From Vitrella brassicaformis CCMP3155 (lineage: Eukaryota; Protista; Chromerida): a stretch of DNA of 6,257 nt. Positions 1 to 6,257 of the stretch are shown here, piece after piece (the first letter of the stretch is position 1; each line of letters opens with the position of its first letter). The notes under the pieces were generated by a model that had not been told where the DNA came from, ran no database searches, and saw only the letters and a list, made by a program, of their open reading frames with translations. Location of the stretch: assembly GCA_001179505.1 (NCBI GenBank), contig CDMY01001013.1, forward strand, positions 1 through 6,257. The letters are read 5' to 3'. The translations under genes and the position numbers were made by a program.

Positions 1-1
1 A

Positions 2-85
2 GACGGAGAGGGAGAGGGAGAGGTGGCTGCCAAGGGCGTCTACAAGCCGCCGAAGCTTCTGGCTGTCGAGTACACGGGCGACCAC
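2..85 (+). pseudogene. NGDN: Neuroguidin/Lcp5 (Sas10/Utp3/C1D family)-like exon, 5'-truncated by the window edge; the expected downstream NGDN exons are absent
   Basis: Frame from nt 2 reads DGEGEGEVAAKGVYKPPKLLAVEYTGDH, then a phase-0 GTACGT donor at 86. GVY[KR]PP[KR] after an acidic linker is, from memory, the conserved Lcp5/Neuroguidin motif. Third codon positions are GC-rich. Confidence 0.65.
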
Positions 86-159
86 GTACGTGCAGTGCAC
101 ACACACAGCATAAGCACGCAGTGGCTGACTATTGTCCACCTCTCATGTGCCATGGCTAG

Positions 160-474
160 CTGCCAAGGCGCATCGCGAGGCGGAGAGGCAGAGGGAGACT
201 GTGGCTATTCTACGAGACCGCTAGACGGGGAGGGAGGTCGTCCTCGTCGGCACAGCACATATCTCGACCGTCAGGTGCCTGCCTACACCCACCCACTCGA
301 TCAGCTCGGCCTCATACCTGTCTGTCTGTCTGTCTGTCTGTGATCCGTTCGTGTGTCAGTGCCAATCTGGTCAAGAGCATTATCGATGAGACGAGGCCGA
401 CGGCTGTGTTCATCGAGCTTGACAAGAGCAGGTTCCGACTGCCAGACGGCAACGACGCCGCCCCACAAGTCGGG
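160..474 (+). pseudogene. TRABD: TraB/PrgY/GumN-family (TRABD-like) N-terminal fragment: exons 160-274 and 360-474, in-frame TAG at 222-224
   Basis: Splicing GT275..AG359 (85 nt, phase 2) gives AKAHREAERQRETVAILRDR*TGREVVLVGTAHISTVSANLVKSIIDETRPTAVFIELDKSRFRLPDGNDAAPQVG. This matches the TraB signature LVGTAH[IV]S..S...V...I...RP..V.[IV]EL...R. A GTGAGC donor follows at 475; the best candidate acceptors after it (536-551) lead to TGA within about 14 codons. Confidence 0.85.
318..341 (+). repeat. (CTGT)6 intronic microsatellite
   Basis: Read directly, in the 3' half of intron 275-359. Confidence 0.95.
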
Positions 475-492
475 GTGAGCATCGATTGACAC

Positions 493-511
493 ACAGACAG
501 ACAGACAGACA
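493..511 (+). repeat. (ACAG)4.75 intronic microsatellite, inverted relative to 318-341
   Basis: acagacagacagacagaca read directly after the donor at 475. Confidence 0.95.
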
Positions 512-619
512 TGAATGATGTGTGCGCTCGGCAAAGACTCAGCAGCATCAGGCAGTGGGTGGGACGCAGGAGCCATGACAGATCTCGACGAGGGCGGCTC
601 GGACAGGGTCGTATCCATC

Positions 620-745
620 ATCTTTTGCGCAAAGAGGAAAGGAAGGCGAAAGGAATTAATTAGTAGGTTGTCGTAAATTTTAGTAGGTTGTCCGTAAATT
701 TTAGGGTTGCAGAAAGACTACTTTGTAGTAAACAGAGGGGCGGAA
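620..745. promoter_or_regulatory. AT-rich intergenic island, probable promoter/5' UTR of the gene starting at 746
   Basis: Clear drop in GC immediately upstream of ATG 746. Contains an AATTAATT palindrome (654-661) and the tandem repeat at 661-709. Confidence 0.5.
661..709 (+). repeat. 20-21 bp tandem repeat TAGTAGGTTGTC(C)GTAAATTT, about 2.4 copies
   Basis: Copy 1 is 661-680, copy 2 is 681-701 (one extra C), and a partial copy TAGGGTTG is at 702-709. Confidence 0.9.
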
Positions 746-3056
746 ATGGTCCTCTGCGAGTTCCGGCTCCTCTGCGTGTTCGCCATCGCCGTTTGGCCCT
801 GCCTTTGTTCTCCCCTGGCATCTCTGCGGCTGACGCGTCTGCTCACATCTCTGCGGAATCGTGTGTCGGCGGAGTGGATCAGAGAAGGGACTTTGTTTGA
901 GCAGTTCGCAGCATTCTGCAGACAAGGTGGGCAAACAAGATGGATGCACGGCCGTCAGAGCCCGTGTCTGTTGGCCTCAGGTGAGGGCGATGCAGACAAG
1001 CGGGATCTGCTAGGCAAAGTTTGCCGCCTGAAGTCTCTCGAGTGGGACAGGCGGCAGACGCTACGCAGCCACGAAATGAACGTCATCAACGTGGCCATCG
1101 CAGTGATGGTACGAGAACGAATGCTACGCACATAGATGCACGGTGGCAGCTGGTGTGTGCAGCAATCGGACAAGCTGGATGCGGCTCTCAAGGACGACAG
1201 TGTGCTGGCCCTCCGGCGAGACTCGCAACGGGGCATCGAGGTGCGATCATCATGGCAGCTATCCTTATGCACACTCTACCGCTTCATTACACCATTGATG
1301 GCCGGCGTGGCTTGCCTCAGGCTTGGCAACACAGCCACGAGGGCCTTGTGGCGCTGCTCGCCGACCATGCACGTGAAGAAAAATTCAGTGAGGGCCCCTG
1401 GGCAGAGAAGGCGAAAGATAATGCTACTTTGGCGCGTATGCTCTGTGTCAGGAGGCGGGAAGCATTCAATGCCCAGCAAACGGGACCGAAGGAAGAGGGA
1501 GGAGGACATACCGGACGTCACATATGTGCCGCACCTGACGACTCCGTGGCCTTCATCACCAGCAGACAGCCAGGCCGACCTCTCCACCAACCGCACATAC
1601 CTATGCAAGGTGAGAAGGTGGTTGGTAGAACGAGAGAAGGGATGGAGCGCTGGGGAACGAGAGACTCTCTCTGTTCTGCCCCATGTCACACGCTCTCACC
1701 GTTGCTTACAGCTCGACCGCGCTAAAGCGGAGAGGGATCTTTCCCATCTGTCGAAACGCATCAATGTACGAAGACCATACACGGCAGCAGAGGAGTGCAG
1801 CATCTTGTCTGGGTCTCTGTCGGCATCTTTCACACAGGACACTACCATAGAGAGGGCTAACCTAACGACACTTACCTCCAACCTGACAGAGGCGGCCGGG
1901 GCAGCCAGGGCAAAGCTGCGACGGCTCAAGGACGTACGCCAACGATGTGGCTCCCCTTTCACTTACGCGTCCACTTGCAGATCTTTGAGCGCTGGGAGGC
2001 CAACTATGTGGAGCAGAGGTCTGCACTGCGCACACGCAAGAGCATTCAGGTAAGCCAGCAGGGAGGAATCTTCCTACCTCCCACGGTGTTGTGTTGTCCG
2101 TGTGTCATTAGTCATTGGGACGGCAGGCGCTAGAGGCGGTCGGGAGTCTCCTTGGTCTCTTCTACGCCAGACGGACGTCCGTCGAGACGGGCGAAAGGGC
2201 AATCGATAATGTCAACCTCACACAAGTCAGCCGTAGATACAGACAGGACAGGCAGCAACGGACAGACAGACAGAACAGCCGAATACAGCTCCACTAATGT
2301 GTTGTCCTCTCTGCAGCGTTTCGTGTCTGCGTACCCAGATGCGCCAGACCCAGGGTGGCACTCGGGAGGCTTCCTGATCTACCAGCATGACAAAGCCCAG
2401 TCGCTCGCTGACCTGCTGAGTCTGTGGGCGTCATACGTGCAGCTTATCGTCGACCAGCTCGACGACACGCAGCAGAAGGTGTCCCAGGAGTACCAGAGCA
2501 TCAAGGCCGAAAGCATTGCCGCACAGAGGCAGACGGAGGTGCAGGTAGGTAGGTAGGCGGGCGACAGGCTGCCGTGGGTGCATTGCATTGGGGGTGCAGA
2601 CATGTGCACGGATGTGTGCAGCTGAGAGACATGGCGGAGGAAATACGGGAGAAGCAAGAGGAGACTGCTCACATTGAGGTCAGCCATCACTTGTCGCCCC
2701 CAATGTGCATCGATCTATCGCATTGGGTGTGGACGCGTTTGCGTGATCGCAGGGCGAATTACGTGAGCTGCAGACAGAGCAGCAGGCCGTCGGCGACGGC
2801 CTGATTCGCATCATACTCGTACGGCAATGGAAAGAGCCTGCATCATTTGCATGTGTTCTTGTGAGTTAACACACAAGCCTGTGTGTCCCGGTGGCAGGAA
2901 TGCGGTGATGTTTTTCCCGAGGAGGCCGCCCGAGTGGCTGCTGCCGGCAGAGGGCCGTCCGACGGTCCATTTCCGCAGCAACCGCGTGCAGACACGGATG
3001 AGCCGGGCAGCGAGGCAGGAGGTGTAGAGATCATCCACAATGTCGATGCGCTGTGA
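746..3056 (+). CDS. 13-exon hypothetical protein (~455-485 aa), predicted signal peptide and coiled-coil C-terminal half, no recognised family
   Basis: Exons: 746-926, 981-1108, 1163-1240, 1321-1435 (alt. end 1372/1387), 1563/1566-1609 (alt. start 1452), 1712-1765, 1838-1933, 1981-2049, 2127 (alt. 2112)-2225, 2317-2544, 2622-2678, 2753-2818, 2898-3056. All introns are GT-AG and phase-consistent, with no internal stop, ending HNVDAL-TGA. The N-terminus MVLCEFRLLCVFAIAVWPCLC-SPL is hydrophobic. The segment LDDTQQKVSQEYQSIKAES...LRDMAEEIREKQEE...GELRELQTEQQ is heptad-like. Confidence 0.85.
2545..2556 (+). repeat. (GTAG)3 at the donor of intron 10
   Basis: CAG|GTAGGTAGGTAG read directly. Confidence 0.9.
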
Positions 3057-3474
3057 CGCTCCCTCCATGGACCCCGCATTGACGGATGAAGGCTTTGGTG
3101 CTTTGGAATGAGCTGTGTTGTCGGCTAGAGTGGCTTCGATCAAAAGCTTGAAGAAACCGTGTTTATATACGCAAAGGACGACGAGAGTGTTGTCCGTCTT
3201 GATCGTGTCTCGTGCGAAATAGCTGGAGTGCGGGCATCCACTCAGTGCAGCCATCCATCGGTGCGGACAAAAGACACACATGACACTGACCACACAGGCG
3301 CTCTCTCAAACACAAACCAGGGGACAAGACACACATACAGCGTCCAGCAACCAGCACCCCACCATACGCGCAGCCCACAGTGAGGCGTCGGCTAGCTGAT
3401 AATATGCTCTGGCCAGCACGAGCGTGTGGCAGGAGTGGCGATAGCGCCGCCATTTCCCGAACTTTGGCGCTCAG
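2811..3474 (-). other. Possible spliced minus-strand coding segment (exons 3474-3368 and 3222-2811), antisense to the last exon of the 746-3056 gene
   Basis: Donor GC|GTATGG at 3367, a TG-rich 145-nt intron, and acceptor cactccAG at 3223. The phase-2 join gives LSAKVREMAALSPLLPHARAGQSILSASRRLTVGCAYFARDTIKTDNTLVVLCVYKHGFFKLLIEATL... in the frame of ORF 2811-3293. No family recognised. Confidence 0.3.
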
Positions 3475-4085
3475 CTTATTGAGTATGTAACCCATTCCCA
3501 CGTGGCATAAGTGATCGAGGAGAGGCAAAGGAGGACGAGAAGGACACAATGGCGCCCCTCTCTGCCCACCATCCTTGTCTCATCTCTGCCACATAAATGT
3601 GTCCCAATCATTTCGCTGCAGCTACCGGGAAGGCCAACATTCAGCACACGAACACATGGACGGTGTCACTGTTCAGTCAGCTGACATACGGATTGCCTCC
3701 TCGGGTCGAGTCTCACGGTCGATCGTGTCACACCCGGGAAGGCAGCGAACAAGCAGACACGCAGAGAGGGAGAGGGGTACGATTACCACACACACAGATA
3801 AACATACATGTATTTCCATGCACATGTGAGCCACAACAAGAGATGGACACACCGCCTGTGTGGTCGCCTTCACCCGTCCCTCATGTGTGTATGTGTGGAT
3901 GTGTATCAGCCAGCACTGCGGTACGCACGTACACACACAGACACTCAGACAGTCAGACAGTCAGCCAGTCAGCATGGCACACACAAAATTCCAATCCGCT
4001 GGCCGGCACAAAAAGCAGCTTGCCCCCCACATGTACACATCGCCAGCCTCACAGCCCATAGCCACTCAGTCGCTCAATCAAACAG

Positions 4086-4105
4086 TCCCTCCCTCCCTCC
4101 CTCCC
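4086..4105 (-). repeat. (GGGA)5 on the minus strand, G-quadruplex-capable
   Basis: The plus strand reads (TCCC)5, giving five G3 tracts with 1-nt loops on the minus strand. Confidence 0.85.
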
Positions 4106-4136
4106 ACCTGTCCCTGCCTGTGTCTGTGTGTAGGTG

Positions 4137-4156
4137 TGGATGGATGGATGGATGGA
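4137..4156 (+). repeat. (TGGA)5 microsatellite
   Basis: Read directly. Confidence 0.95.
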
Positions 4157-4639
4157 CGTCATCACTGCGGTACGCACACATACGTCCACACATGCCATGA
4201 GACGACACACACAGTCAGTCAGAGAGGCGAAAGATAAGAGGGCAAGGCAGCCCTCATCAATCTGTGCGCACCCCAACATGCAGCGGGCAGGTATGAATGC
4301 GCATGCCTGATAAGGCAACACATAAAGAAGCACACACGTGCCGCAGGGTATGCACGGACCTAAGACACTAAGGGCAGGCTCCTACACATTTCAGTTGAAA
4401 AGCCACACAGAATAGAGCCCTACACCGTCCCCACTCGTCCATCCAATCTCGGTCATCCATCAGTGACGCAGACCTACTACACATATAGCCCACTCATCGA
4501 CAACACTTCCTGACCACCAGATGGTCCCTCTTGGCCTCAAGAGCCACCCTGACTGCTGTCAGCTTGTCTCGGCCGGCCAGACTTGGAGGGGCCCCATCCA
4601 AAGCTCAGCCGGCACCTTTTTCTGTTGCGCATGTGACTC

Positions 4640-5483
4640 ATCCGGACGGTGCCATGGAGAGACGGCATTTCGTTCCTGGCGATGAGCGGGAGTGCAGCGA
4701 TGATGGCCGTCACCGTCGCCTTCGCGAGTCCATGCAGCTGAGGCCCGCCCTCCTCGTTGTCACGCGTGCTGGCCGACGGCACACACCTGCCGCACCCGCC
4801 ATTGACCAGGTGCTGCCGTCTGAGCTGGAGAGCACCGAGCAGCGCAGCGCCTCCATGCTGCCAGTGTCGTAGGGGGCTGTCCTGGCGTGAAGCGAATCCT
4901 ACACTCTCGGCCGTGCACCGTGTGCTTCATGGTCTGCAGGCACACAAAGCACAATACGACTGGTGGGTCAGTTCTGGAGGCATGTACGTCATGTGTTTCC
5001 TTCCGTACCCATGACGACCCAAACGGCCTAACGCCATGTCACGTCCTTCATGCAACTGACGACCTCCTTGATGCAGCTGACGCACATGGACACCATCCAT
5101 CCATCCATCCCAAGAGGCCACCCAGTGAGGCCGCCCCGCCACCAGTCAGCAAAGGGGCGACGACAACGCTCCGAGAGCGCCTGGTGAAGCGGCGGCGGCA
5201 GGCACCTCACCAGACAGACAAACCTGCCCGTCCGTCGATGTCTGTCGCTGCACCGCTCACAGCGCTCTGCTCGGCCGCCTCATGGACGCACTCACTCCCA
5301 CGTCGGCTGGACTGCGCCACGTGTCCACGACCAAGGCTGAACACATAACAAGGGAGAAACGGCAATGAGTTATCAGCAGTGCCATCCCCTTCTGGCACCG
5401 CACCCAGGCGGCTCACCGCACATCAGACCTGCCAGATGACCCTCCTCGTTCACTCAGTCATGCCCTCGTGTCATCCTCGGCCG
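4640..5483 (-). pseudogene. Multi-exon minus-strand gene remnant of unknown family with premature stops
   Basis: Exons: 5483-5417, 5336-5296, 5180-5122 (alt. end 5143), 5076-5009, 4933-~4787/4640. Donors are GTGAGC, GTGAGT, GTGGCC and GTACGG, with CAG acceptors. The phase-consistent join reads LMCALVVDTWRSPADVGALSERCRRPFADWWRGGLTGCIKEVVSCMKDVTWR*AVWVVMDHEAHGARPRV*DSLHARTAPYDTGSMEALRCSVLSS. Exon 5483-5417 has TGA in all three frames. Confidence 0.5.
5093..5110 (+). repeat. (CCAT)4.5 microsatellite within a minus-strand intron
   Basis: Read directly; lies inside predicted intron 5121-5077. Confidence 0.9.
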
Positions 5484-5964
5484 CTGACAAACAGACAGAG
5501 AGGGAAGGACACCTGCAGTCCGACCAGATCTCATCGTCGCCCATCAGCAGTCTGTCTGCGCTGCTCTCTCTCTCTTTCGGTCACCTGGTTGGCCTCTGAT
5601 TCCTTAGGACCCCCGACAAAACGCATTTAAGCGCCAGATCACCGCTCCCCTCGGCAGATCGTCCGTCACATTCAATTTCTGAGCTCCCGGCCCCATCCAA
5701 CGCACTTGGCCCCATCACCCCTTTCCTCCCCTCCCCGATCGCAGCGGTTTCAGGGAGCACCCTAGGTGGCCTGACGGCCAAGTCCCCTGTCGGTCTGTCC
5801 AACATGAAACAGGCACCCTAACATGCAACCCGGACACGAAACACGCAGCACGCAGAGGGCAGATGCAGCAGACAGGAGGATATGCAATGCGCTGCGAACG
5901 ACGGCCACATACAAGCAGGCACACAGCGTCGCACACACGCCACCCCAGCAGCAGCTTGAAGGCG

Positions 5965-5980
5965 GCGTGCGTGCGTGCGT
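5965..5980 (+). repeat. (GCGT)4 microsatellite
   Basis: Read directly. Confidence 0.9.
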
Positions 5981-6257
5981 CAGGCACCATGACTCCATAC
6001 GTAGATACCGCCCATCCCCAGGTGGCCAGCCAGTGCAGATCGCCCAGTCACACACAAACACGCCCTTATAACAACCACGCACGGAGTGCTGGGGGTGCAT
6101 GAGAGCGCACCGCCGCCCTCTCCAGGGCCGAGAGGGGCGGCAGGTGGCCGACCCGCAGACACCCCCAGTGCACGTCCATACACATATCACCGCCGGGATA
6201 AGTAGGAGCGCGGCAAGACACACACACAGACCACGCCCACATCCACACGCACACCCC

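Larger units (their letters stand above)
3871..4222 (+). repeat. Diverged direct duplication (units start ~3871 and ~4105) with an exact 15-bp core CACTGCGGTACGCAC
   Basis: The core is at 3914-3928 and 4163-4177. Both cores are preceded by cac[c/t]gtccct...tgtgtgta.gtgtggatg and followed by AC-rich and CAGT-rich tracts. Confidence 0.8.

Noticed and set aside
4-206. 17/18 identity between 4-21 and 181-198, plus a shared GCTGCCAAGG (26-35 and 159-168)
   Set aside because: The first match is low-complexity purine sequence and the two matches are not collinear. Weak evidence at best for microhomology at the chimera junction.
222-224. Pyrrolysine decoding of TAG
   Set aside because: Pyrrolysine is not known from eukaryotes, there are no pyl genes or methyltransferase context, and the position lies in a variable loop of TraB.
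301-621. Minus ORF of 106 aa as a complete gene
   Set aside because: Most of it is the antisense of TraB exons and microsatellite introns, and there is no convincing donor after the first ~30 codons.
661-709. Tandem repeat as a CRISPR array
   Set aside because: Copies are contiguous with no spacers, the context is eukaryotic, and there are no cas genes.
1021-2053. Long ORFs 1021-1725 and 1136-2053 as single-exon genes
   Set aside because: They are better explained as read-through of exons and introns of the 746-3056 gene.
3039-3056. C-terminal VDAL as an ER-retention signal
   Set aside because: Too far from the KDEL/HDEL/xDEL consensus to support.
3575-4333. Several 80-150 aa ORFs rich in H/T/C/V/S
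   Set aside because: Their composition is dictated by AC/TG and tetranucleotide repeats and shows no codon bias.
4291-4346. Plus-strand GT-AG segment resembling a 56-nt intron
   Set aside because: Flanks show no coding signal and no further exons can be linked.
4531-4541. TTGGCCTCAAG resembles the 3' end of the dinoflagellate/Perkinsus spliced leader (TTGGCTCAAG)
   Set aside because: It has an extra C, and the upstream bases do not match CCGTAGCCAT.
702-5832. hAT-like TIR pair: TAGGGTTGCA (702) and CACCCTAACATGCAACCCGG (~5814-5833)
   Set aside because: Only a short imperfect match, with no TSD and no transposase between them.

Overview
Eukaryotic, intron-dense, moderately GC-rich DNA (roughly 55-60% by eye) with short GT-AG introns of about 45-145 nt and many tetranucleotide microsatellites. 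The style suggests a chromerid alveolate such as Vitrella; this is an inference, not a database result. Left end (1-~550, +): a Neuroguidin/Lcp5-like exon (GVYKPPKLLAVEY) abuts two correctly spliced TraB-domain exons (GTAHIS...RPTAVFIELDKSR). These carry an in-frame TAG and have no recognisable TraB continuation. An AT-rich spacer (~620-745) holds a 20-21 bp tandem repeat. An apparently intact 13-exon gene (746-3056, +) encodes a ~455-485 aa protein of unknown family with a signal-peptide-like N-terminus and coiled-coil character. The right half holds minus-strand exon-like segments, some joined by clean phase-consistent introns but interrupted by stops, plus a diverged duplication and a (GGGA)5 tract. 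No rRNA, tRNA, CRISPR array or recognisable transposase was found.
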